Assembly: GCA_034722055.1 (NCBI GenBank)
Contig: JAYENL010000131.1
Span: 1-36,827, forward strand
DNA: 36,827 nucleotides
Direction of reading: 5' to 3'
Source: Armatimonadota bacterium
GTDB lineage: Bacteria; Armatimonadota; Zipacnadia; Zipacnadales; UBA5352
A program made the position numbers and the translations under genes. Positions 1 to 8,785 of the stretch are shown piece after piece (position 1 is the stretch's first letter; the number at the start of each line of letters is the position of its first letter). Under the pieces are notes generated by a model, which was given only the letters and a program-made list of their open reading frames with translations, made no database searches and had not been told where the DNA came from.

Positions 1-25
1 AGGCGGCCGGCACCGCGAGGGCTTG

Positions 26-328
26 CCTCACCCCTCGGAGTTTGCGCCGCAAACTCCACTCCCCTCTCCCTGCCTCGCTTCGCTTGGAGGCGGGAGAGGG
101 GAGACGGCAACGACAAACGGCCGGCGGGCAAGGCTGCCCGCCGCTCCGTACAACATTCAAGCGCCGCAGTGCCGTTCGGAGCGACGCATGTTCACATGCG
201 TCGAGCCGTTCCGGGTGCCCGAACCGTTGGTTCGGGCTTCGGCTCCAGCGGGGATTGGCCGCCTGAGCGCAGCGCCGTCGGCCGGCGCACGAGGACGAAC
301 GGCGCACGCACAGGAGTGTGCGTGCCAC
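26..328. repeat. Cluster of REP-like palindromes in a non-coding region
   Basis: Stems: GGAGTTTGCG/CGCAAACTCC (37-57); CTCCCCTCTCCC/GGGAGAGGGGAG (59-103); CGGCGGGCA/TGCCCGCCG (122-143); CGACGCATG/CATGCGTCG (182-203); GCCCGAACC/GGTTCGGGC (217-237); GCACGCACA/TGTGCGTGC (304-325). No credible ORF here. Confidence 0.75.
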
Positions 329-618
329 GGAACAGATCACGACAACGACGCACGAACGGGCCGGCTCGGTAAGGCTGCTGTGCATCCAGCCTCAGGACGA
401 CCGCACCGGGGACCGAGACGCCGCGCTCGTTGTTCCCCTCCCGCCTGCGCCACGTCGTCTGTGGTGCCATGGAGGGTGGGCCGAGCGAAGCTCGGGTCGG
501 GGCGGAGGCCCGCAGCCGGGAGAGCGGCCGCACGCCCGCGCGCCGCTCGGGCAGGGATTCGCCGACCTGGTGGCGCACTGTCTGCCGTCGGCCATCCCTG
601 GCGCGAGAGGCTATCGTC

Positions 619-1644
619 ATGAAGGGTGCTGTGCTGACCGGCAACCGCACGTGCGAGGTGCGCGAGTTTCCCGAGCCCGTCCCGGGCCACGGCGAGGTCG
701 TGCTGCGTATCGAGGCCACCGGCATCTGCGGCTCGGACCTGCACGTCTACCGCGGCGAGAGGGACATGGATCAGATCGGTGGGCACGAGCCGGCCGGCAC
801 CGTCGTTGACGTCGGAGAGGGCATCGTGCGGCTCAGGCGCGGCGACCGCGTCAGCGTCCATCACCACCACGGCTGCGGCGTGTGCGATCAGTGCGCCCGC
901 GGCGAGACCGTCGCCTGCCGCTACCGGCATCAGGTCTACGGCGTCGGTCGGCCGGGGTCCTTCGCGGAGTTGATGGCCGCCGGTGAGGCCAACTGCATCC
1001 CGCTGCCCCAGCCGCTGACCTTCGCCGATGGCGCCTGCATCGCGTGCGTTGGCACCACGGCCTACGCCGCGCTGCGGCGGCTGCAGGCACGTCCGCACGA
1101 GACGCTGGCGGTCTTCGGCCTCGGTCCGGTGGGGCTGTCAACGGTGATCGTCGCCAGGGCCATGGGCCTGCGGGTGATCGGCATGGACATCATCCCCGAG
1201 CGGCTCGAGCTCGGGATGCAGTGTGGCGCGCAGGAGGTCATCGACGGCCGCGAGGAGGGCGCGGTGGAGCGCATTCACGCCTTCAGCCGCACCCCGGGGA
1301 TCGACTGGGTGGAGGGCGTGGGCTGCCTGGTGGAGACCTCCGGGGCCACGGCCGCGCGGGAGCTGATGCTTCCGGCGATCCGCCGCGGGGGCCGCATCGC
1401 CATCGTCGGCGTGGGCAGCGACGAGGCGGTCATCAACCCCACCGCCATCCACGGCAAGGCCTGCACCATCATCGGCTCAGTGGTCTTCCCCCTGGGCTGG
1501 AGCTGGGATGTCGTGCGCTTCCTCGTCGCCAGCGGCACCAGCTTCGAGCCCATGATCACGCACCGCTTCGGCCTCCACGACGCGCCCGAGGCCCTGCACA
1601 CGGCAGACGAGGGGCGATGCGGGAAGGTGATCATCGAGCCCTGA
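619..1644 (+). CDS. Zinc-binding alcohol dehydrogenase (MDR family, threonine/sorbitol dehydrogenase-like)
   Basis: GICGSDLH and GHE motifs, structural Zn site CGVCDQC-x7-C, NAD-binding GLGPVG; ATG 619 preceded by GAGAGG. Confidence 0.92.
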   Translation: MKGAVLTGNRTCEVREFPEPVPGHGEVVLRIEATGICGSDLHVYRGERDMDQIGGHEPAGTVVDVGEGIVRLRRGDRVSVHHHHGCGVCDQCARGETVACRYRHQVYGVGRPGSFAELMAAGEANCIPLPQPLTFADGACIACVGTTAYAALRRLQARPHETLAVFGLGPVGLSTVIVARAMGLRVIGMDIIPERLELGMQCGAQEVIDGREEGAVERIHAFSRTPGIDWVEGVGCLVETSGATAARELMLPAIRRGGRIAIVGVGSDEAVINPTAIHGKACTIIGSVVFPLGWSWDVVRFLVASGTSFEPMITHRFGLHDAPEALHTADEGRCGKVIIEP

Positions 1645-1705
1645 CCGGGCGGGGTGCCGTCCGGGGGGACCTCCGCACCTCGCGCCTCCGGCGCCGTTCC
1701 GCGTG

Positions 1706-2410
1706 CTACTGCTCGGCGAAGTAGGGCTCGATCTGCACGAAGTCCCAGTAGACCTCGCCCGGAGCGGCGTCGGAGATGGTCAGGCTCCCCTTCGAGGCGG
1801 TGGCGCGGAAGACGCGGTAGTGCACCGTCCAGTAGACGTCCTCCACCTGCCACACGCGATCGAGCGTACGCCGCGGCAGCATTTCGCCGCCCTCGATGCT
1901 GATCTCTGCCGGGATCAGCTCCTCGCTGTACTCCGGATTCGTGCAGTAGAGCTTCAGCGAGTAGAGCCGGCCCGGCTCAAGGTTGCGGATGGGCTGGCTG
2001 AGGCTGTTCGGCGCATCGGCATCGCGCATCGTGCGGACCACCATCTCGCCCTCCGGCACGGGCGAGTACCGGCCGCGGGCTCCCTTCTGCGGCATCTCTG
2101 CGATCCTGACCGGCTCCACCGAGCCCCGCACCTCCCAGCCCTGAAGGCCGTCCTCGAAGCCGGGATTGGTCAGATGCTCGAGCATGTAAGGGTCGTCGCT
2201 CAGCCGCGTGCGCCTGCCCTCGATGCAGTAGTGCCGGAAGAGCGCCCCGTACCAGCGCATCAGCTCCTCGTCGATGTAATGCCCGCTCCAGAAGCCCACG
2301 CCGCGCAGGTCCTCAAAGGCCCGGTCCGTGGCCAGCGCGTGCATCTGCAGGTCCAGCAACACCTTGTAGCTGACGTCGGGAAGCTGATCGTTGGAGTAGC
2401 GCAGCGCCAC
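1706..2410 (-). CDS. Hypothetical protein, probably the C-terminal remnant of a larger carbohydrate-active protein (CBM-like C-terminal domain)
   Basis: Protein-like composition; LTNPGFEDG...WEV...SLSQPIRNLEPGRLYSLKLY...YWDFVQIEPY resembles a galactose-binding/CBM beta-sandwich. The start is uncertain because there is no in-frame ATG with an SD. Confidence 0.6.
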   Translation of the reverse strand: MALRYSNDQLPDVSYKVLLDLQMHALATDRAFEDLRGVGFWSGHYIDEELMRWYGALFRHYCIEGRRTRLSDDPYMLEHLTNPGFEDGLQGWEVRGSVEPVRIAEMPQKGARGRYSPVPEGEMVVRTMRDADAPNSLSQPIRNLEPGRLYSLKLYCTNPEYSEELIPAEISIEGGEMLPRRTLDRVWQVEDVYWTVHYRVFRATASKGSLTISDAAPGEVYWDFVQIEPYFAEQ

Positions 2411-2501
2411 GTTCCCGGCGCTCAGGAGGAGATGCGGCTCATTATCATCCCTCCGCTCTGACGGGCGTTCGCGCAGCCCTCCAGTTTGACGCCCGCGCCG
2501 G

Positions 2502-3206
2502 TTAGTCCTCCGCCGGCTTGCGGATGACCAGCCACCAGCCGGCGATGGGCTCGGTCTCCATGTGGATGTCCTCGATGCCGGCGGCCTTGGCGCGCTCGAT
2601 GAGGTCGTCCTCGATGGGCCGCCAGCCGCCCGCGCGGTGCTCCGGAAGGGACTCCTGCTTGGCCCGCGCCAGCGGCTCCCGAATGGCCGGGTCCAGAATC
2701 CGGGAGAAGCCGCCGCCGACGTAGGCCACGCCTCCGGGCTTGAGTATGCGGTAGCACTCCATCACGCCTGCGAGCTGATCCGGCCAGAAGAAGATCGAGC
2801 CCCGGCTGACCACGAGGTCGGCGTACTCATCGCGGAAGGGCATGTCCTGGGCGTCGCCCTGCACGGCTCGCACGCGCTGCATCATGTTCTCCTGCATAGC
2901 CAGGTAGTTGCACAGGCGCACCGCCCAGGGGTCAATGTCAAGCATATAGAAGGTCAGGTCGGTTTCCTCCGCGAGGGCGAAGGAGAGCGCGCCGGAGCCG
3001 CCGCCGACGTCCACGCACATGCCCTCGGTGATCCCGAAGTCGTCCACGATCTGCCTGGCCAGCGCTGGGTAGATCGGAGCGAAGCTGGTGGTGACGGTCC
3101 TGTAGAAGGGGTAGTGCGACACCAGCGTGGCCTTGTAGCTGTCCTGTGCAGCCGCTGGGGCGACCAACGCCAAGACGACAGTGAGCACCAGCAGACGGCC
3201 CCTCAT
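2502..3206 (-). CDS. Class I SAM-dependent methyltransferase with N-terminal signal peptide
   Basis: VDVGGGSG motif I, LDID, GDAQDMPF, ADLVVSRGS, RILKPGG; SD GGAGG before ATG 3206; N-terminus MRGRLLVLTVVLALVAPAAA-QD. Confidence 0.9.
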   Translation of the reverse strand: MRGRLLVLTVVLALVAPAAAQDSYKATLVSHYPFYRTVTTSFAPIYPALARQIVDDFGITEGMCVDVGGGSGALSFALAEETDLTFYMLDIDPWAVRLCNYLAMQENMMQRVRAVQGDAQDMPFRDEYADLVVSRGSIFFWPDQLAGVMECYRILKPGGVAYVGGGFSRILDPAIREPLARAKQESLPEHRAGGWRPIEDDLIERAKAAGIEDIHMETEPIAGWWLVIRKPAED

Positions 3207-3345
3207 CGCGATGTCCTCCGTTCGCGGACGTCTTGCCTCTTCATGGGTCAGAACGCTCCTGCCGGCCGGCGCGGTTCCTGCGGGGAGGAACGGACCCGGG
3301 CCGCCGGCGAAATGCCGGTCAGGCGGTGCACGGGTGGAGGAGAGT

Positions 3346-3876
3346 GTGAGCAGACCGGACACCGAGCAGTTCGCATTCGACACCGGAAGCTATGTGGCGT
3401 GGATTCCGTTCGCCACCATGCCGCTGCGCGTGGCGCTGTACATCGGCCTGCCGGTGGCGTTGGGCTGGTGGCTGATGCAGATCTTCGGACCACTTGGCGC
3501 AACTAACGCCCTGCTCATCCCCGCACTGCTTGCCCTGGCCGGCCTGCGACAGGCCCTCCGTGACGGCCGGCGCATCGGCAAGCACTTCCGGAAGCTGTGT
3601 ACCGAGCTCGTTGAGGTAGACGCCGAGGGCATCCGCCTGCCCACCATCGGCGATGAGCGGGAGAAGTTGGGCTGGTGGGCTATTGAGGAGCTGGTGGTGA
3701 CCCGCGCCGGCGGCCTCCTCCAGCCCCCGGCGATGCGCCTGGGCCTCGGACGCACCAGCGTGCCGATCCCGCGCTGCGTGGAGGACCACGGGGAGCTGCT
3801 GCACCTCATCCGCAAGCGCGCCGAGCTGCGAGAGGCGAGGCACGGCTGGTGGGCGACGGTCTACCGCGAAGCCTGA
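3346..3876 (+). CDS. Hypothetical membrane protein (2 TM helices followed by a PH-like soluble domain)
   Basis: GTG start after GGAGGAG; two hydrophobic segments, then VEVDAEGIR...LGWWAIEEL pattern. Confidence 0.6.
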   Translation: MSRPDTEQFAFDTGSYVAWIPFATMPLRVALYIGLPVALGWWLMQIFGPLGATNALLIPALLALAGLRQALRDGRRIGKHFRKLCTELVEVDAEGIRLPTIGDEREKLGWWAIEELVVTRAGGLLQPPAMRLGLGRTSVPIPRCVEDHGELLHLIRKRAELREARHGWWATVYREA

Positions 3877-3953
3877 GTGAGCATCAGATGCAGGCGACGA
3901 GGTGCGCCGGTCCCGGGCAGAGAAGGCGCCCCGTAGGCTGATTAGATGCAGGG

Positions 3954-6446
3954 GTGAATGCGATGATGACCGCTGTGCTCGTATCCGCGATGCTTGGGGC
4001 CACGCTGCCCGACGGCGGGCTGATCCCGCTCGACTCCCGCTCGCACTACCCGCACTTCCTGGGTTTCCGGCCCGGCCACGGTCAGGTGGTGGACTGCACC
4101 CCGCCGCGCATGTCCTGGCCCTACGTGCGGGGCACCATCACCACCGACCACCCGCGGCAGCGGCTCTTCACGCTCCAGATCGCCCCCACGGATGGCTTCG
4201 CCGATCCGGTCGTCGAGGTCCGCGACACTCCCTACAACTTCTACAACGCGCTGCCGGTGCTTGAGGAGGGCACCTGGCACTGGCGGGTGGGCTACCGCCT
4301 CGGCGATGAGCCGGTGCAGTGGAGCGAGTCCCGCAGCTTCATCGTTACCGAGGACGCGGTGGAGTGGGACCGCACCGTGATCGAGCGCGCGCACCAGCTC
4401 CTCGGCGCGCAGCCCCATCCGCGCCTGGGTCCCGCCGACGGCGACTGGGAGGCATTCCGGGCGGTGCTGGAGGCCGACGAGCACGCGGCCGAGTGGCTGG
4501 CCGAGGTGCTGAAGATCGCCGAGAACGCCAGGGGCCGCGACTGGTGCACGGACTTCCCGGAGACCGACAGGAAGGACGCGACCGGCCTGGATGGCGCGGA
4601 CTGGGCGAAGATCGCCTGGGAGCTGGCCAACTGCGCGCTGGCCTACCGCCTCACCGGCGACCAGAGCCTCCTGCCGGGCATCGACCACGCCGTGGCCCTG
4701 GCGTCCTTCCCCAAGGGCGGCCAGTCCTCGCCAGAGTATCACGCCGACGTCCGCAAATGGCCCACGCAGGTGACGGAGCACCTGGCGGTCTGCTACGACC
4801 TGTGGCACCCGGAGCTGTCGGAGGGCCAGCGGGAGCAGATCCTGGCCTCGATTGGGTGGCGCCTGCACGCCACCTACCTGGAGGCCGCCTCCTGGCTGCG
4901 CAGCGACGGCACCGCGCACGTCCGCGGCGTCGCGGTCTATCCCGCCAGCCACCCCTTCGAGAACTTCGTGTGGTCGATGCCGGCGGCGCTGCTCACCGCC
5001 GGCGACCTGGAGCTGTCCGACGAGCTGGTGCCCCTGACGCTCAACTACCTCACCGGCGTCAGCTCCGGCCACGGCCCCGACGAGGGATGGAATGAGGGCC
5101 TGGCCTACGGCGGCTGGAAAGGCCTCTCGATGCTCTACGCCGCCATGCACACGCACCTGCTGCTGCCGGAGCTGCACCTGGGCCGCAGCCCCTACTTCCA
5201 GCGCCTCGGCGAGTGGTACGCGCATATCCTGCCCCTGGGCATCAGGCGGCTCTCCTTCGGCGACTACGCGCAGGGCCCCGACGGCAAGCGCGGCACGCAG
5301 CTTCATGTCTTCAAGCTGCTGGCGTGGCTCACCGACGACGGGCGCACCACGCACCGCTATCATGCGCTGGCCGGCGAGGTGGGCTATCGGCGCTCGGCGC
5401 GGCCGTGGCTGGACCTCAGCGCCGCGGCGCGGCTGCAGATGCCCCAGCCTGAGCCCTACAGCCCCGACGGCGTCTTCCCCGAGGCCGGCTGGGTGATGGT
5501 CAGCACCGCTCCGCCCTCTGACCGCGAGGCCTTCGGGGACGCGACCGGGATGCTCTTCAAGTGCCGCCCCCGCGGCGGCTACTCGCACTCCTTCCGCGCT
5601 GAGAACGACTTCGTGTGGCACGCGCACGGGCAGACGCTCAGCGTGGGCGCTGGCGGCGCCTACCCCGACCCGCACTCCCGCCACTCCATGAGCCACAACG
5701 TCATCTTGGTGAACGGCCAGGGCCAGGAGTGGAACGCCCGTGACCCCGCCTATCCCTACTGCGGCCGCCTGCTGGCCTACGATGAGGGCGATGGCTACAC
5801 CTGGTGGGTCGGTGACGCCACGCACGCCTACCAGAATGTGCCCGGGCTGCTGCGCTGGCACCGGCATGTGCTGTTCCTGGACGACCGCGCCTTCGTCATC
5901 TTCGACGACCTGGCCATGCGCCAGGACGCCGATCCGGCGCAGTTCTCGTGGCTGCTGCACGTGGATCAGCCCGTGGAGCTGTCCATCGACGGCGCCACCT
6001 TCGACTGGACGATGGAGGACGTGCACGCGCGCGTCTCGCTGGCGAATGACCCGCGCACTCTGGAGATCGTGGACCTGCAGGGCCGCGACGGCTTCAGGAA
6101 CCCGGTTACCGGTGAGGACATCTACGAGCACACCGCCGAGCGGCTCGAGCGCGTCGGCCGGGAGATCGACGAGGAGATGATGCTGGCCCACAACCTGTGG
6201 GTGACCAACCGCCAGCCGGCGCGGGAGCACACCGTGCTGGCGGCGCTGACCGCATGGCGGGAGGGGGAGGGCCAGCCGCGCATCTCCTTCCGCGGCGATC
6301 GCGCCGTCCGCATCGACTGGCCCGACGGCAGCTACCGGACGGTCTCCTTCGACCGGGAGGTGCAGGCGGACATCGTCATCGACCTGCAACTCGTCCGGGC
6401 GTTCCAGCTCGCCACCGAGCCCCCGCGCGAGGTCGAGGGCCGGTAG
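3954..6446 (+). CDS. Heparinase II/III-family (DUF4962-like) secreted polysaccharide/oligosaccharide lyase
   Basis: Signal-like N-terminus; HPRL, GWNEGLAYG, FGDY, SHSFRAENDF, SHNVILVNG, WHRHVLF, FSWLLH motifs. The start may be ATG 3963/3966. Confidence 0.8.
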   Translation: MNAMMTAVLVSAMLGATLPDGGLIPLDSRSHYPHFLGFRPGHGQVVDCTPPRMSWPYVRGTITTDHPRQRLFTLQIAPTDGFADPVVEVRDTPYNFYNALPVLEEGTWHWRVGYRLGDEPVQWSESRSFIVTEDAVEWDRTVIERAHQLLGAQPHPRLGPADGDWEAFRAVLEADEHAAEWLAEVLKIAENARGRDWCTDFPETDRKDATGLDGADWAKIAWELANCALAYRLTGDQSLLPGIDHAVALASFPKGGQSSPEYHADVRKWPTQVTEHLAVCYDLWHPELSEGQREQILASIGWRLHATYLEAASWLRSDGTAHVRGVAVYPASHPFENFVWSMPAALLTAGDLELSDELVPLTLNYLTGVSSGHGPDEGWNEGLAYGGWKGLSMLYAAMHTHLLLPELHLGRSPYFQRLGEWYAHILPLGIRRLSFGDYAQGPDGKRGTQLHVFKLLAWLTDDGRTTHRYHALAGEVGYRRSARPWLDLSAAARLQMPQPEPYSPDGVFPEAGWVMVSTAPPSDREAFGDATGMLFKCRPRGGYSHSFRAENDFVWHAHGQTLSVGAGGAYPDPHSRHSMSHNVILVNGQGQEWNARDPAYPYCGRLLAYDEGDGYTWWVGDATHAYQNVPGLLRWHRHVLFLDDRAFVIFDDLAMRQDADPAQFSWLLHVDQPVELSIDGATFDWTMEDVHARVSLANDPRTLEIVDLQGRDGFRNPVTGEDIYEHTAERLERVGREIDEEMMLAHNLWVTNRQPAREHTVLAALTAWREGEGQPRISFRGDRAVRIDWPDGSYRTVSFDREVQADIVIDLQLVRAFQLATEPPREVEGR

Positions 6447-6490
6447 ATGTCTCCTCGGCGAGGGCGTGTTGTGCGCCGCCCGCCGCGACG

Positions 6491-6499
6491 TGCTATACT
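6491..6499 (+). promoter_or_regulatory. Extended -10 promoter (TGnTATACT) of trmFO
   Basis: TGCTATACT ends 9 nt before ATG 6509; there is no SD. Confidence 0.6.
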
Positions 6500-6508
6500 C
6501 ACGACACA

Positions 6509-7831
6509 ATGACTGAGACGCCACAGCAGCACGTCACCATCGTCGGCGCGGGCCTCGCCGGGTCGGAGGCCGCGTGGCAGGTCGCGCAGCGCGGCGTGCC
6601 CGTGGTGCTCTGCGAGATGCGCCCCGATGTGATGACCCCGGCCCACGAGACGGACCTGTTCGCGGAGCTGGTCTGCTCCAACTCCCTCAAGTCCAATCGC
6701 ATGACCTCCGCGCACGGGGTGCTCAAGCAGGAGCTGCGGCTGCTGGGCTCGCTGATCATCCGCTGCGCCGACGAGACGTCGGTGCCCGCCGGACAGGCCC
6801 TGGCGGTGGACCGCAGCCGCTTCGCCGAGCGGGTCACCGAGCACGTGTCGGCGCATCCGCTGATCGAGGTGCGCCGCGAGGAGGTCACGCGCATCCCGCC
6901 CGGTCCGGCGATCATCGCCTCCGGACCGCTGACGTCTGATGGGCTGTCGGAGGCCATCGCTGAGCTGACCGGCAGCGAGCGGCTCTACTTCTACGACGCG
7001 CTCTCACCCATCATCGCCGCCGACAGCATCGACTACCAGGTGGTCTTCCGCCAGTCGCGCTATGACAAGGGCGAGGCGGACTACATCAACTGCCCCTTCG
7101 ACCGCGAGCAGTACGAGACGTTCCATCACGAGCTGATCAACGCTGAGACCACGCTGCATGCCGACTACGACCCCGATGAGCTGTTTGAGGGCTGCCTGCC
7201 CATCGAGATCATCGCCTCCCGAGGCATCGACGGGCCGCGCTACGGGCCCATGAGGCCCAAGGGCCTCACCGACCCCCGCACCGGGAAGATGCCCTCGGCG
7301 GTGGCGCAGCTTCGTGCCGAGAATCGCGAGGGGACGATGTGGAACCTGGTGGGCTTCCAGACCTCGCTCACCTACCCCGAGCAGCGGCGCGTCTTCCGCA
7401 TGATCCCGGGGCTCAAGGAGGCCGAATTCCTGCGCTATGGCGCGGTGCACCGCAACACCTACATCAACGCCCCCACGCTGCTGGGGCCCACCTGGCAGCT
7501 CCGGCAGCGGGATGACCTGCTCTTCGCGGGCCAGATCACGGGGGTGGAGGGCTACGTGGAGAGCACCGGCTCGGGGCTGGTGGCGGGGATCAACGCCGCC
7601 CGGCTGGTGCAGGGCGAGGAGCCGCTGGTCATGCCACGAGCATCGGTGCTCGGCGCTCTGGCGGAGCACATCACGACCGCGGATCCGGCCAGCTTCCAGC
7701 CCATGAACTCGAACTTCGGCCTGCTGCCACGCCCGAAGGCCACGCAGCGCCTCAACAAGCACGAGCGGCGCAAGCTGCAGGCAAAGCTGGCCCTGCGCGA
7801 GATCGAGCGCGTCATCGACCGGGAGCTGTAG
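6509..7831 (+). CDS. trmFO: Methylenetetrahydrofolate--tRNA-(uracil54-C5)-methyltransferase TrmFO
   Basis: VGAGLAGSEAAWQ, AELVCSNS, VPAGQALAVDR, FEGCLPIE, NLVGFQT, HRNTYIN, FAGQITGVEGYVES, FQPMNSNFG. Confidence 0.97.
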   Translation: MTETPQQHVTIVGAGLAGSEAAWQVAQRGVPVVLCEMRPDVMTPAHETDLFAELVCSNSLKSNRMTSAHGVLKQELRLLGSLIIRCADETSVPAGQALAVDRSRFAERVTEHVSAHPLIEVRREEVTRIPPGPAIIASGPLTSDGLSEAIAELTGSERLYFYDALSPIIAADSIDYQVVFRQSRYDKGEADYINCPFDREQYETFHHELINAETTLHADYDPDELFEGCLPIEIIASRGIDGPRYGPMRPKGLTDPRTGKMPSAVAQLRAENREGTMWNLVGFQTSLTYPEQRRVFRMIPGLKEAEFLRYGAVHRNTYINAPTLLGPTWQLRQRDDLLFAGQITGVEGYVESTGSGLVAGINAARLVQGEEPLVMPRASVLGALAEHITTADPASFQPMNSNFGLLPRPKATQRLNKHERRKLQAKLALREIERVIDREL

Positions 7832-7885
7832 GCTGGAAGTCCAACGTCCCACCTGAGCGTCGCGACATCGGAGGCGCGTGCCTCA

Positions 7886-7932
7886 CTGACGACACAGCAA
7901 ACGGCCGGCGGGTCTGAAGCCCCGCCGCTCCG
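7886..7932 (-). repeat. REP-like CGGAG-headed palindrome (copy of the element at 115-148 and 11290-11323)
   Basis: AAACGGCCGGCGGG-tctgaagc-CCCGCCGCTCCG matches AAACGGCCGGCGGG-caaggctg-CCCGCCGCTCCG at 115-148. Confidence 0.75.
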
Positions 7933-7996
7933 CAACGGCAAAGGGCCGCCGCGTCTGGATCCTCCCCGTTCCGGACGGCAACGTCTCGCCGGGCGT

Positions 7997-8785
7997 TCAC
8001 GCCTCGCCCGCGGCCTCCTCGGCGAGGCGCTGGCAGGCCGCCACGGCTCGTGGCTCGCCCGACTGCTGCGCGATCCGTCGCAGCTCCGGGAGCTGCTCGA
8101 AGATGCCGCCGCGGGCGTGGCGGGCGTTGATGTGCTCCACCAGCGCCATCAGCCCGTTCGTCCGCTCGCCGGCGAGCGCGTCCTCCACGTCGGCGCAGAA
8201 ACGGTGCATCCGCTCCCGGCGCTGCTCGGCCACCGTCATCCCGGATTCGGTGTGCAGCAGGGAGAGCAGCTCATCCTTGCGTGGCAGCCAGTCGTCAAAG
8301 CCCTCGACGGTCTCCGGGACCGCAGCTCCGTGGCCGGCCCGGATGGTGATGAAGCGCCAGACGCCGACCAGGCCGAAGTTGGCGTCGATGAGGTCGGCGT
8401 CGCCCAGCACCAGGTTCTCGATGGGATGCCGGACCGTGTTACCGCCTGCGTGCGAGCCGATGGCCGAGGCCACGCGCTCGGCCAGACTCTCTTCCACGGC
8501 CCGCGCCAGCAGCTCCCGGCGTGCCCATCGCGCCCCGGCGGCGGCGTGCTCGCGGCCGACCGGCTTCTCGATGTCGTGCAGCAGCGCCGCCAGATCGACG
8601 ACCGTCTCGTCGGCCCCCTCCTCGCAGGCCAGGCGCAGCGCCAGGTTGCGCACCCGCAGCGTGTGCTCCCAGGTGTACCCCGGCCAGTGATAGCCCTCCC
8701 ACTGTGGCGGCCAGTCGGCCAGACGGTCTCGGACGATCTCCTCGAGATCGCGCTTGAGCCGCGCCAATGCGCCTTCCTCCGCCAT
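7997..8785 (-). CDS. HD-domain metal-dependent phosphohydrolase
   Basis: EHTLRV...AALLHDIEK...HA...SH...DAD motifs; the ATG overlaps the upstream stop (TGATG). Confidence 0.85.
   Translation of the reverse strand: MAEEGALARLKRDLEEIVRDRLADWPPQWEGYHWPGYTWEHTLRVRNLALRLACEEGADETVVDLAALLHDIEKPVGREHAAAGARWARRELLARAVEESLAERVASAIGSHAGGNTVRHPIENLVLGDADLIDANFGLVGVWRFITIRAGHGAAVPETVEGFDDWLPRKDELLSLLHTESGMTVAEQRRERMHRFCADVEDALAGERTNGLMALVEHINARHARGGIFEQLPELRRIAQQSGEPRAVAACQRLAEEAAGEA

Noticed and set aside
3881..3952. Direct repeat AGATGCAGG (3886, 3944) and small palindrome GCATCAGATGC
   Set aside because: Too short, only two copies; compatible with chance.
3942..6524. Long antisense ORFs (e.g. 860 aa here; also 9367-11211, 32524-34266, 30559-32145, 20688-22256)
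   Set aside because: Shadow ORFs opposite well-supported genes, expected in high-GC DNA; no protein motifs.
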